DNA of 64,000 nucleotides from a bacterium (GCA_013360215.1 JABWCP010000006.1:104470-168469), one strand, 5' to 3'; numbered from the stretch's first letter, positions 48,639 to 58,626 are shown. Notes: generated by a model from the letters alone, not told the origin. Made by a program: numbers and translations.

Positions 48639-49964
48639 ATGAAAAAATTAATTCTATTATTTGTTTTGTTCGTTCATTCGACATTTGCTCAAACATCATT
48701 TGCCATTATCCCTTTCACGGGAACCGCCGATGTAGGTGTTAATGATCGCGAAGCTTTTGTTAGCGGGCTTTATCAAGGGATGACGAATAGCGGGCGTTAC
48801 CGTATCGTCGATCGCAACCTGATCGAACAAGTATTGAAAGAACAAAATTTTCAACTGAGTGACTTAACGGAACAGAAAAAAGTTATCGAATTCGGAAAAA
48901 TTGCCGGGGCTGAAAAAATTATAACCGGTAAAATGTTCAGATATTCGTCGACACAACCGGCAATTACATTTTCCGTGATTGATGTTTCAACCAGTCAGGT
49001 TGAGTTTTCCAAAGAAATCACATATAACAATTATACGTTTTCTAACCTAAGCAGTTTTTTGGTATCGCAGTTAATTGATAAGTATCCGCTGGTCGGTAAA
49101 GTGCTTGGTAAATCCGGAGATGTCTATATCATCAACATCGGACTCAATCAGAATATCAAAAACGGAACGCGCATTTTTGTGGCTAGAAATAATGTCCTCA
49201 AAGGTGATGACGGTGAAATTTTGATGGAAGAGTATAAGCGCGTCGGTATTTTAGAGGTGACATTAGCCGACAAAGCGCGTTCGCAATGCAAGCTACGCAG
49301 TTTGGTTGAAAGCAATGTTATCATTCAAAAAGACGATATGATTTCTCCGGATCCGATACCGGAGCGACCGGCACTTGTTTCGGATAAGCCTTTTTGGACT
49401 GGTTATTCAAAAGGCGAGCTGCTTTTAGATGATGATATGAGTAAAAAGCAGTATCTATCTGTAACGAGCGCTATGGGCGAAACCTACAAAGATGGACGGC
49501 TTTTTATCAATACGACACATTTGAATTCCGGTCATGGGTACTGCTATTATCCGGCACCTTTTGACGCCGTGGGAGATTTTGTATGCGAAGCAGAAATTAC
49601 GTTTGAAAAAAACACTGAAAAGTATAATAGGGTAACTTTTATATTTAGAAATGTCGGTGCGTACGGCGAAGGAAACGGTTATTCGTTATACTTTACTAAT
49701 GACGGTTCTTACCAAATGGATTATATGCGTAACGGGTTTTTGTTCCCGATTATCAAATTTACTTCAACCCCTACATTGAAACGTGGCACGTCAAAAAATA
49801 TATTGCGCGTCGTAGCCAAAGGCTCAAAATTTGATCTTTATTTCAATGATCAGTTTTTAGCTGCATTTGAGCATGAGGCAATAGAAAAAGGCGGTTTTGG
49901 AATTTGGTCCGGGCAGGGAAGTCACGTATCCGTGGACAATATCAAAATCTGGAATATTAAATAA
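48639..49964 (+). CDS. Secreted protein: CsgG/TolB_N-like, FlgT_C-like and DUF1080-like beta-sandwich domains
   Basis: Signal peptide; YRIVDRNLIEQVLKEQ...GKIAGA; VYIINIG; C-terminal LYFNDQ...KGGFGIW...VDNIKIW. Confidence 0.7.
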   Translation: MKKLILLFVLFVHSTFAQTSFAIIPFTGTADVGVNDREAFVSGLYQGMTNSGRYRIVDRNLIEQVLKEQNFQLSDLTEQKKVIEFGKIAGAEKIITGKMFRYSSTQPAITFSVIDVSTSQVEFSKEITYNNYTFSNLSSFLVSQLIDKYPLVGKVLGKSGDVYIINIGLNQNIKNGTRIFVARNNVLKGDDGEILMEEYKRVGILEVTLADKARSQCKLRSLVESNVIIQKDDMISPDPIPERPALVSDKPFWTGYSKGELLLDDDMSKKQYLSVTSAMGETYKDGRLFINTTHLNSGHGYCYYPAPFDAVGDFVCEAEITFEKNTEKYNRVTFIFRNVGAYGEGNGYSLYFTNDGSYQMDYMRNGFLFPIIKFTSTPTLKRGTSKNILRVVAKGSKFDLYFNDQFLAAFEHEAIEKGGFGIWSGQGSHVSVDNIKIWNIK

Positions 49965-49985
49965 AACTCCTTATTTAATACAAGA

Positions 49986-51161
49986 TCAGCAGCAGCCATC
50001 CGGCCCACAACAGGCTTCGCTCAGAATAGTTTCATTGTAATCCATACCTTTAGTTTCGCGCGCGTGACGGCGAGCATTCTTATTGCAATTAAAGAATTTT
50101 GCCGATTCTAAAGAAATAATCTCTTTAGGACTTACCGCAAAAATATCATTGGCGTACGGCCCTTTTTCCCGCGTATAAATGCCAAATGTTTTATCACACA
50201 CGGCCATACGCTCCCCACGAAAAAGTGTATGTCCGTCATCATCTATAACGGCTTTCCAAGGACCTTTATAGATCACGGCTTGTTGGCGTTCAAGGCAAGG
50301 ACCTTCTTTTCCTTTGTAACCGATCACGGTGACCGAACGGTATTCGATACCTTCCACCACTTGCCATGGTGAGGTTTCCCATTTGTCTAAACTAATACCG
50401 TAGAACCCCGCTTTTTCAAAAGCTTTCAAAAATTCATCCTCACGAAATGCACCGGAGATACAGCCGCTCCAGAGTTCTGGGTTATTTTTCTGATGAAGCG
50501 GTATGTCTTCATCAGAGACTATATCCGATATAGCAAAGCGGCCGCCTGGTTTCAAAACGCGATATATTTCGGCGATGAGATTTTGACGGTCTTCTTCCCG
50601 GACAAGATTGAGTACACAATTGGACAAAACGACATCCACGGAATTGTCGTGAATCATCGGCCGTTGGTTGCGAAGTTCTTCTGTAAATAATTCCAAACGT
50701 TGCAAATCATCACCGTGTTGGATAGGGTTTTGACGCACATAAGCATCGAGCGCATCCCAATCCAATTTCAAATCCTGTATTTTTCCTCGATGAAATGTAA
50801 CATTGGTATAACCCAGTTTTTGTCCGATAGGATCTTTGTACTTGCGGGCTAAAGCTAACATTTCGGAGTTCATATCGACGCCGAGTACACGCCCTTCGGA
50901 ACCTACGATTTGCGCGGCGATATAACAGATTTTTCCACCGCCGCTGCCCAAGTCCAATACCGTTTCTCCGGGGCGCACATAACGCGAGGGGTCGCCGCAA
51001 CCGTAGTCACGATCAAGGATTTCCTGAGGTAAAATTTGAAGATATTTTGAATCGTATGAAACAGGACAACATAAAGAGGCAACGGTCGTGCGTGCGCCTT
51101 CGGTATATCGTTCGGTTACCGCTTTTTCCACATTGAGTGCGAGTTCGTCGTTAGCAGACAT
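49986..51161 (-). CDS. arsM: Arsenite S-adenosylmethionine methyltransferase-like protein with Cys-rich C-terminal extension
   Basis: LCCP, YGCGDP, LDLGSGGG, SNCVLNL, WSGCISGA, C-terminal CCGPDGCC. ATG 51161 follows SD GGGAG. Confidence 0.82.
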   Translation of the reverse strand: MSANDELALNVEKAVTERYTEGARTTVASLCCPVSYDSKYLQILPQEILDRDYGCGDPSRYVRPGETVLDLGSGGGKICYIAAQIVGSEGRVLGVDMNSEMLALARKYKDPIGQKLGYTNVTFHRGKIQDLKLDWDALDAYVRQNPIQHGDDLQRLELFTEELRNQRPMIHDNSVDVVLSNCVLNLVREEDRQNLIAEIYRVLKPGGRFAISDIVSDEDIPLHQKNNPELWSGCISGAFREDEFLKAFEKAGFYGISLDKWETSPWQVVEGIEYRSVTVIGYKGKEGPCLERQQAVIYKGPWKAVIDDDGHTLFRGERMAVCDKTFGIYTREKGPYANDIFAVSPKEIISLESAKFFNCNKNARRHARETKGMDYNETILSEACCGPDGCC

Positions 51162-51180
51162 GCTTAGCTCTCCCAAAAAA

Positions 51181-52296
51181 TTATTGAATCAAATAATAAA
51201 TGCAAGCTGCGATAACAGCAGCTATGGGTAGTGTTAACGCCCATGAAAGAACGACTTGCCCTATCACTTTGAAATCGGCTTGACCGGTAATAATGCCTAT
51301 TCCGGAAATAGCGCCTACGGACACATGGGTAGTGGATACAGGCAAACCCCACCGACTTGCAAAAATAACAAGAAATCCCGTGACAAGATTGGCCGTCAGT
51401 CCCTGGCCGTGGTTCATAGATGTGATTTTTTTACTCATAGTACGCGCTACTTTGCGGGCATTGAGTAAACCGCCGATGGCCATAGCTATTGCGATGGCTA
51501 CCATGGACCACTCGATGCGCATAATCTGCGCAGCAAAAACAAGCCCGACGATTTTAGGTGTATCGTTGAGACCGCGTGCAAAGCTAACCATAGCCGCGCT
51601 TAGATAATGAAGTACGTCCACCAGGCGCTGCGCTGAAATGCCCATCACGGCGCCGCCGTATCGTCTTTGGCAGGAAACTTCATCGCCAACAGTAATTTCA
51701 GGCAGGGTCACGGTCTGAAACGAAAGAGCATGCGCGGGTCGAGGGGTAGGTATGACGGTTTGGCAGGTTCCAACGCAAATGCAGTGTTCTTCTCGAATAC
51801 CAGCCCAAATCCGAATTTGACGAAATATTACATAGACAATCGCGGCAACGACTACGGAAACCAACGGACTAATTAACAGAGGTATAAAAAAGGTTGAACC
51901 TAATTTTTCTGTATTTAATTGGGAACCTACAGCGAGGAAACCTGCGCCGGTAAGCGCACCGGTTAGGCCGTGTGTCGTCGAAATGGGAAATCCGAAAAAT
52001 GAAGCGATGAGAACCGTTAAACCGGCGCCAAGAGCTACTGCGGTTAAAAATTCGGGAGTAACTGTCAATGTATCCGGCACAAGCCCTTTACCTGAAAAAT
52101 TACTCACGAGTGATTGAGCAATAAAAATCGAACATACCGAACCCGCAAAGGTAGTGACGGTCGCGAGCCCAATCGAGGCTTTATATCCTAGTGCTTTACT
52201 GCCGTAGAGCGTTGCAACACCTTTAAAATTATCATTTGCACCGTTGCTGTACGCGACAAAAAGCGCTCCGGCAAAAAGCAGTACGATCATCGCCAT
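51181..52296 (-). CDS. PiT-family inorganic phosphate/anion transporter
   Basis: GANDNFK, PISTTH, GLNDTPK, PVSTTH; internal CxC. Confidence 0.9.
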   Translation of the reverse strand: MAMIVLLFAGALFVAYSNGANDNFKGVATLYGSKALGYKASIGLATVTTFAGSVCSIFIAQSLVSNFSGKGLVPDTLTVTPEFLTAVALGAGLTVLIASFFGFPISTTHGLTGALTGAGFLAVGSQLNTEKLGSTFFIPLLISPLVSVVVAAIVYVIFRQIRIWAGIREEHCICVGTCQTVIPTPRPAHALSFQTVTLPEITVGDEVSCQRRYGGAVMGISAQRLVDVLHYLSAAMVSFARGLNDTPKIVGLVFAAQIMRIEWSMVAIAIAMAIGGLLNARKVARTMSKKITSMNHGQGLTANLVTGFLVIFASRWGLPVSTTHVSVGAISGIGIITGQADFKVIGQVVLSWALTLPIAAVIAACIYYLIQ

Positions 52297-52334
52297 TTTT
52301 ATGCCCTAATTAATTTCAAGTTATTTATTTTGAA

Positions 52335-53351
52335 TTATGCCGTTGTCCCGCCGCAACTGCTGCCCGCCCCCGCCGTACATCCGAAACAATGCGATGCAAA
52401 AAGGATAGTGCGATTTCGTATTCTCGTCGCATCAAAATTGAAAACGCTAAGCGGTTCGTGATCATGGGATTGCATGCCGAGCATTTGGTTGAAATCGCAA
52501 TCGTAGATTTTTCCGTCATAACTCACACTGATCAGAGTTCGGCACATGATACCTTGCGCCGCGCCGGGATTAAATGCATTTATTAACTTCATCATGTATT
52601 CGTCGTATTTGCCCGTACGCTCAAGATCTTCCCGAAAGCGATGGATCGGCATATTGGTGATCGTAAATAGATTATTGAAGTGAATTCCGAATTTGTCATG
52701 CAAACTGCGTTTATAGTCCGCCTCCAACGCTCCTTGAGCAGCGGGAAGGTATGTACCGACGGGGTTGTACACTAAGTTGAGCACAAGGCCTGAACCGTCT
52801 TTTCCAAAACCCAGCGCATTGAGATTTTTTAACGCCGCGATGCTTTTATTAAAAACGCCCCGCCCGCGTTGCTTATCCGTAAAATATTCCTCATAAAAAG
52901 GTAGCGATGAAATCACTTCAATCCCGTGATCGGCGAAAAACTGCGGCAGGTGCGTCATCGGTTGTTTGGTCAGAGGATGAGGGTCCTGCGATACGGTGAG
53001 GTTATGCCGAACCATGACGTGTTTTCCCATTCGTCGCGCTTCGGTAACCAAAAACTCAAAATGCGGATTAAGTTCCGGGGCGCCGCCGGTAATATCGAGG
53101 TTTTTTATTTCGTCATGCGCCGCAAGTATCGCCAAACAGCGATCTACGGTAGGGCGATCCATTTGCTCGGTGCGCTTGGGTGAAGCATCCACGTGGCAAT
53201 GACGGCAGGCCTGATTGCACAGTTTGGTTATATTGACTTGCAACGTATGAATGCCGAGCGGCGGTAATGTCAACTCATGCTCACGCAGTTTTTCATGAAA
53301 AGAATATTTCATATCGGCCGGAGATATCGGCAATATTTGTGGCAGTTGCAT
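52335..53351 (-). CDS. arsS: Arsenosugar biosynthesis radical SAM protein (DUF3641)
   Basis: CNQACRHC, DITGGAPE, NLVYNP, YDCDFNQML, HCFGCTAGAGSSCGG. Confidence 0.9.
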   Translation of the reverse strand: MQLPQILPISPADMKYSFHEKLREHELTLPPLGIHTLQVNITKLCNQACRHCHVDASPKRTEQMDRPTVDRCLAILAAHDEIKNLDITGGAPELNPHFEFLVTEARRMGKHVMVRHNLTVSQDPHPLTKQPMTHLPQFFADHGIEVISSLPFYEEYFTDKQRGRGVFNKSIAALKNLNALGFGKDGSGLVLNLVYNPVGTYLPAAQGALEADYKRSLHDKFGIHFNNLFTITNMPIHRFREDLERTGKYDEYMMKLINAFNPGAAQGIMCRTLISVSYDGKIYDCDFNQMLGMQSHDHEPLSVFNFDATRIRNRTILFASHCFGCTAGAGSSCGGTTA

Positions 53352-53356
53352 AATTT

Positions 53357-53689
53357 TTATACGTTGAGGTTGTCTAAATTATTCAGCATTTGTACACCGT
53401 GTACGAGCGTGATGCCGGCCATCATGGCGGAGGCGACGTGTACCGCTTCGGTCATTTGGTCGGGGCTTGCACCGCATTCGAGGCTCTGCGTCGTATAGGC
53501 GTCAATACAATAAGGACAGTTTTTAGCATGGGCTACAGCCAAAGCGATCAGGGCTTTTTCCCGTTTGGTCAATGCGCCGTCTTTGCCGGTAACCTCATTG
53601 TAATACGCAAAAAATTTATCCATCAGTTCTTTGCGAAATCTCCCTACGTCGCCAAATTTTTTAAGGTCTTCACTTTCGTAGTAATTCAT
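53357..53689 (-). CDS. AhpD/CMD-like protein associated with ArsS clusters
   Basis: REKALIALAVAHAKNCPYCIDAY...LVHGVQM. ATG 53689 follows SD GGAG. Confidence 0.9.
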   Translation of the reverse strand: MNYYESEDLKKFGDVGRFRKELMDKFFAYYNEVTGKDGALTKREKALIALAVAHAKNCPYCIDAYTTQSLECGASPDQMTEAVHVASAMMAGITLVHGVQMLNNLDNLNV

Positions 53690-53758
53690 CTTGGGGCTCC
53701 CATGTTGTAAGAATACTGATGAGGAAAAAGGATTAATTTTCTGAAGACTGAATGATGT

Positions 53759-53783
53759 AACTCGGAGGTAAAACAAATATTCC
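53759..53783 (-). promoter_or_regulatory. Putative ECF promoter GGAAT-N17-GTT driving the AhpD-arsS-PiT-arsM operon
   Basis: Minus strand GGAAT (53783-53779), 17-nt spacer, GTT (53761-53759); same layout as the promoter at 1247-1271. Confidence 0.65.
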
Positions 53784-53788
53784 CATGT

Positions 53789-54955
53789 TTATTTGTTATC
53801 CACCTGCGATTCGATGACGGATTGGATTTCTGCAGGTACGCGATTGAGGAAATCATATCCGGTGGAGGTTTCGATTTGGTCCACGGATGTTCTGTACGAT
53901 TTCCATGATGTGCTGCGAATACCATCGGTATTGGGCATATCCACGGCGATCACGCGTGTCAGCGTGGTGACCTGATCGGGTGTGGTTTCCTCATGAGGAA
54001 GTACAACAATGATTTTCCATACGCGTACGGGGACGGTGACTTTACCGGAAGCTATGGTTTTGAGCGAATCATAATGCCCTGACATGATAAAAAGTTCGTT
54101 ACCTTCACCGGCCAAATCACGGCAATAACTTTCGAGTTCGACCCAAGGTCCTTGGTTATTATCCGAAGCCTGAGGAAGTATATTGGTCATGTAAAATGTA
54201 GAAACATTATCGGAAGGAACTGCATTGCGATCGCCGGAGGGGCACATGTGTCCTCGATCATAACCGCTGCCGGTATAGTCACCATCTTTCACAGCATACC
54301 AACCCGCCGGCAAAATATCTGTTTTAAAGTTATCTTGACGTGCTATCGTACCGAGCCAATTTTTATTCAAGTGCCATGCGCACCAGTTGGGGATACGGCG
54401 AACATTGTCATAAGACACAGCGTATTGGGAGCGGGCGATCAGATAGTTACGCGGCGAAGCGATATTTGTTTCGCTTTGACTCGGATTGCCGAGGGAAAGA
54501 TGCAAATTCGGCGTTTGGCCGGTATCGGCATCAGCTGCGGATAGTCGGTATAGTTGTGTTTCGCTGTAGGCGCCGTTTTCACTCAGGATTTTTATGAAAT
54601 AGGTGCCTACGTTTAAGTGGGGAATATCAATGGATTCTGTGACGCCATTGGCGCCGCGGGATAAACCTACAATGGAATCGTGGCTATCCATGAGATAAAG
54701 ATTATAGTCTTTATCATCCGGAACGGCTAAAGTAACTGCGACATGACGCGGCGAACTTAATACAAAACGAAAATAATCTACATCGTCGCTAACGGATACG
54801 GTGCCTTGATGAACTTGGGGAAGTCTCGGAAATAAAATCGCCGTTTCAGGTGTATCATTGCCATCAATGGAATCCAACGGCTCGATTAAATCCGCACACC
54901 CCGCTAAAAATGCAGCAATCAATACAACCGGTAACAAGATTTGGAAGGATTTCAT
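53789..54955 (-). CDS. Lipoprotein DNA/RNA non-specific endonuclease (NucA-like) with N-terminal PPC-like domain
   Basis: LAG-C lipobox; DVDYF PPC-like domain; YDRGHMCPS, FYMTNILPQ, NNQGPW..LE. Confidence 0.92.
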   Translation of the reverse strand: MKSFQILLPVVLIAAFLAGCADLIEPLDSIDGNDTPETAILFPRLPQVHQGTVSVSDDVDYFRFVLSSPRHVAVTLAVPDDKDYNLYLMDSHDSIVGLSRGANGVTESIDIPHLNVGTYFIKILSENGAYSETQLYRLSAADADTGQTPNLHLSLGNPSQSETNIASPRNYLIARSQYAVSYDNVRRIPNWCAWHLNKNWLGTIARQDNFKTDILPAGWYAVKDGDYTGSGYDRGHMCPSGDRNAVPSDNVSTFYMTNILPQASDNNQGPWVELESYCRDLAGEGNELFIMSGHYDSLKTIASGKVTVPVRVWKIIVVLPHEETTPDQVTTLTRVIAVDMPNTDGIRSTSWKSYRTSVDQIETSTGYDFLNRVPAEIQSVIESQVDNK

Positions 54956-55045
54956 ATAAAAAGATAAAAAAACTTATGATTCGTCCAAAGAATTTTTCAA
55001 AGCTTTTCTTGTTTCTTAGTTTCAAAATTATTATGATAGCCCGCC

Positions 55046-55073
55046 TTAATAATCCGCTAATATTTACATAACA
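55046..55073 (+). promoter_or_regulatory. Putative Pho-box-like direct repeats with 11-bp period
   Basis: TTAATA (55046), CTAATA (55057) and ATAACA (55068) upstream of DUF47-PiT. Confidence 0.4.
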
Positions 55074-55117
55074 AAATTTACACTTCGATAATTCAAATTT
55101 AATAACGAGGAAATACT

Positions 55118-55762
55118 ATGAGGGTAGATCGTATCATCGAGGCGTTTTTACCACGTGAAGACAAATTTTTTAAACTTTTTGAAGAAACAGCCCAGCACCT
55201 GATCACGGCATCGGATCTGATGGTCAAACTGATGAATTGTCCGGCGGAGGAGCGTTTAGCCGTGAGTCAGGAAATTCATAAATTGGAGCACTTGTGCGAC
55301 GACACAGCGCATCGGCTTTTTTCCGAGCTGAACGCCACATTTGTAACGCCGTTTGATCGCGAAGATATTATGATGCTGGCATCGGCACTGGACGACGTCA
55401 TGGATTTTTTGGACGAAAGCGCGCGACGCATTATACTATATAAAATCACTTCTATTCCGGCAAATATGAAACAATTGGCCGACGTGCTCAAAGAATCTAT
55501 CACCGAGACACATCACGGCGTGAGCCATATTCGGAATATCCATAAGACGGATGGTATTCGTAAAACACTGGAACGTATCCATGCCTGTGAAAACAAAGCG
55601 GATATGGTTTTTGAAATGGGAATAGCGGACCTTTTTGATAATGAAAAAGACCCGATTAATTTGGTCAAGCTCAAAGATATCTATACCAGTCTCGAACGCT
55701 CCACGGATAAGTGCGAAGATGTCGCCAACGTGCTCGAAGCGATCCTCATCAAGCACGCGTAA
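55118..55762 (+). CDS. DUF47 phosphate transport regulator (PhoU-like)
   Basis: FFKLF, EHLCD, TFVTPFDREDI, LDDVMD, ENKAD, DKCEDVAN. Confidence 0.93.
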   Translation: MRVDRIIEAFLPREDKFFKLFEETAQHLITASDLMVKLMNCPAEERLAVSQEIHKLEHLCDDTAHRLFSELNATFVTPFDREDIMMLASALDDVMDFLDESARRIILYKITSIPANMKQLADVLKESITETHHGVSHIRNIHKTDGIRKTLERIHACENKADMVFEMGIADLFDNEKDPINLVKLKDIYTSLERSTDKCEDVANVLEAILIKHA

Positions 55763-55777
55763 AGGGAGATATTGCTC

Positions 55778-56773
55778 ATGATGGAGCTACTTATAATTAC
55801 GATAGCCTTGGCATTAATCTTTGATTTTATCAATGGCTTTCACGATGCGGCCAATTCGATCGCAACCGTCGTTTCCACGCGCGTATTGTCGCCGTTCAAA
55901 GCGGTGATTTGGGCGGCGGCATTTAACTTTATTGCGTACTGGTTTTTTGAATTGCATGTCGCTGATACGGTCGCCAAAACAGTAAAGCCGGAGGGTTTTA
56001 CTTTGGTCGTTGTTACAGCCGGATTGATCGGTGCGATCATATGGAATTTGTTAACATGGTGGTGGGGAATTCCGTCGAGCTCCTCACACACGTTGATGGG
56101 CGGTTTCGCCGGTGCGGCTGTGGCATATGCCGGCGGTGATTTTTCTGTAGTACGCTTGGATAAAGTAACTCCGGTCGTATATTTTATCTTGCTGGCGCCG
56201 ATTCTCGGTATGTTGGTTTCATATACGATTTCAGTGATTACGATTCATATCTGCAAGCGTATGAGTCCCCATAAAGTGGACAAAGTATTTCGTCAATTGC
56301 AGTTGTTTTCTTCTGCCGCATTTAGCCTCGGTCATGGTGCCAACGATGCCCAAAAGGTTATGGGTATTATAGCCGTGGCAATGTATTCACAAAAAGTCAT
56401 TCCTAGCCTTGATCACATACCGGATTGGGTTCCTTTATCATGTCATGCAGCAATTGCGTTTGGGACCATGGCAGGCGGATGGCGTATTGTGAAAACGATG
56501 GGACAAAAAGTTACTAAACTCTCTCCGTTTGAGGGCTTTGCAGCTGAAACGGCCGGAGCAATGACACTTTTTGGAACAGGCATGACAGGTATTCCTGTCA
56601 GTACGACGCACACGATTACCGGCTCGATCATCGGCGTAGGCGTGATCAAACGCGTATCCGCCGTTCGCTGGGGCGTAACTCGCAATCTGCTGTGGGCATG
56701 GGTTTTAACCATTCCGATTTCAGGATTGTTTGGCGCGATTTGTTATTGGATTGCTTCGTTTTTTGTTTCATAA
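55778..56773 (+). CDS. PiT-family inorganic phosphate transporter
   Basis: NGFHDAANSIAT, PSSSSH, HGANDAQK, PVSTTH. Confidence 0.95.
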   Translation: MMELLIITIALALIFDFINGFHDAANSIATVVSTRVLSPFKAVIWAAAFNFIAYWFFELHVADTVAKTVKPEGFTLVVVTAGLIGAIIWNLLTWWWGIPSSSSHTLMGGFAGAAVAYAGGDFSVVRLDKVTPVVYFILLAPILGMLVSYTISVITIHICKRMSPHKVDKVFRQLQLFSSAAFSLGHGANDAQKVMGIIAVAMYSQKVIPSLDHIPDWVPLSCHAAIAFGTMAGGWRIVKTMGQKVTKLSPFEGFAAETAGAMTLFGTGMTGIPVSTTHTITGSIIGVGVIKRVSAVRWGVTRNLLWAWVLTIPISGLFGAICYWIASFFVS

Positions 56774-56802
56774 AACTTCGGATTACAATTTTTATATTCG
56801 AT

Positions 56803-56837
56803 AAAAGGCTGCTCGGAAATGAGCAGCCTTTTTTTTT
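56803..56837 (+). terminator. Rho-independent terminator
   Basis: AAAAGGCTGCTC-GGAAAT-GAGCAGCCTTTT followed by a T-run. Confidence 0.85.
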
Positions 56838-56922
56838 GGATTTCTTTGTGCTTTTCTTTTTTAAACGCGATGTGTATCATGGGTAATGAATGGATTGGGG
56901 ATTACATGAATTTGAGGTATGT

Positions 56923-58626
56923 ATGAAAAATAGAAGAAATATTTCATATCTGGCTTTGATAGGTATCATCATTTCCTTTTACGGTTGTTCATCCAAATCT
57001 CCACGAACAACTCCGCCCAAGCCGCCGCGTCTTATTGTTTTTATCGCACTAGATCAGTTTCGCTATGACTATCTGACGCGGTTTAGTACGCATTTTGGAC
57101 CGGACGGATTTAATTACCTCCTCAATGGCGGAGCAAGTTTTGCCAACTGCTTATATGAACAAGCCACGACGCACACATCGGTGGGGCACGCGACGATGAT
57201 GAGCGGTACGTTGCCGTATCGGCATGGTATCATTGCCAACTATTGGTGGAGCCGCGAATTGCATCGCTATATTTACGCACCGGAAGACACTTTGGCGCCG
57301 ATACTGGGAATTGAAAAGCAAAAAGCAACAGACGGGCGTTCGCCGCGCAATTTTAGCGGAATCAATTTTGCCGATGCCTTACGTGAAAAAACGAACGGCC
57401 GGGCTAAAGTATTTTCCGTGTCCAATAAAGACCGCTCCGCCGTATTGATGGGCGGGAAAAATCCCAATGGCGCATATTGGATGGTAAAAAACCGCGGAGG
57501 GTTTTATACCAGCACGTATTATATGAAGGACTATCCGGTGTGGGTAAAGGATTACAATGCTCAAAAACCGGCGGACAAATATTTTGGCATGTCGTGGGAC
57601 ATGCTGCTGGATAAAGAAAAATATCCGGTCATGAAACCGGAGATACTTCGCTTACTGGATTTGCCGAGTTCGGGTTTTGGGCATAGTTTCCCGCATCCAC
57701 TCAAAGGATTGACGTCGGACAGACCTGATACGATGTACTACAAAGAACTGATCCATACGCCGTTTGCCAGTGAAATGATTTTGGATTTTGCAAAGGCGAT
57801 TATTCAAAATGAAGCTTTAGGTTCGGACGAGGTTACGGATCTTCTTTGCATCAGTTTATCGGCCAATGACGAAATAGGGCACAGTTTCGGACCATCGAGT
57901 CCGGAGGTGATGGATATCACTGTACGGACCGACCGTTTGCTGGCGCAGTTTTTTAAGTATATCAATAATGCCGTCAGAGAAGAAGATGTCCTGTATGTGT
58001 TGACGTCCGATCATGGTGTTCCTTTTTTCCCGGAAGAAATGACCGACCGGGGTGTGACAGCCGCACGGGTTCATCCCCGAAAATTGGCCGCTGTGGCCGA
58101 TTCGATCATGGCTTTGAAGTACGGAAAATTGCCTCAGGGAAAACAATACGTTGATCGGATAGCGTACCCGGATTTGTATTTTGACGGCCGTGTTTTGGCG
58201 GAAAAAAAGATTGATAAAGAAGAAGCGTCCGATTATATTAGCGCGGTTTTTGAACAATCGCTGCCGATCATCTATAGAGCGTATTCGGGCACGCGGTTAA
58301 AGCGCGGTCTAGTGCCGTCCGATCCTATATCCGAAGCTGTACGTAAAAGCTTCCATTCTCGCCTGAGCGGGGATGCCGTGATAGTGCTAAAACCTTTTCA
58401 CGTATGGGATTCCAATGGCCTAGGAACCGAACATAGTCTTCCGTATGCGTATGATGCGCAGGTGCCTTTGATATTCAAAGGAAAACGTTGGATCAAAAGC
58501 GGATTGTACAAAGACGAAGTCGCACCGACCGACATAGTTCCCGTTTTGTCGGTGATCACCGGTTGCGAAGATCCGGGCGGTAGAGATGGACAAGTGCCCG
58601 ATCAGTTATTGAAATTTTCAAAATAG
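56923..58626 (+). CDS. PafA-like alkaline phosphatase family lipoprotein
   Basis: FYG-C lipobox; LDQFRYDYL, THTSVGHAT, KDRSA, DEIGH, TSDHG, GTEH. Confidence 0.9.
   Translation: MKNRRNISYLALIGIIISFYGCSSKSPRTTPPKPPRLIVFIALDQFRYDYLTRFSTHFGPDGFNYLLNGGASFANCLYEQATTHTSVGHATMMSGTLPYRHGIIANYWWSRELHRYIYAPEDTLAPILGIEKQKATDGRSPRNFSGINFADALREKTNGRAKVFSVSNKDRSAVLMGGKNPNGAYWMVKNRGGFYTSTYYMKDYPVWVKDYNAQKPADKYFGMSWDMLLDKEKYPVMKPEILRLLDLPSSGFGHSFPHPLKGLTSDRPDTMYYKELIHTPFASEMILDFAKAIIQNEALGSDEVTDLLCISLSANDEIGHSFGPSSPEVMDITVRTDRLLAQFFKYINNAVREEDVLYVLTSDHGVPFFPEEMTDRGVTAARVHPRKLAAVADSIMALKYGKLPQGKQYVDRIAYPDLYFDGRVLAEKKIDKEEASDYISAVFEQSLPIIYRAYSGTRLKRGLVPSDPISEAVRKSFHSRLSGDAVIVLKPFHVWDSNGLGTEHSLPYAYDAQVPLIFKGKRWIKSGLYKDEVAPTDIVPVLSVITGCEDPGGRDGQVPDQLLKFSK

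Noticed and set aside
52335-52370. Selenocysteine in the ArsS C-terminal GSS(U/C)GG motif
   Set aside because: The codon is TGC (Cys) and the ORF ends at a normal TAA.
53690-53776. Longer start for the AhpD-like gene given by the ORF track
   Set aside because: The extension overlaps the predicted ECF promoter. ATG 53689 has an SD and matches the family start.
53789-54955. Nuclease as an anti-phage or toxin system
   Set aside because: It has a lipoprotein signal and sits in a phosphate-scavenging context, with no immunity or defence genes adjacent.
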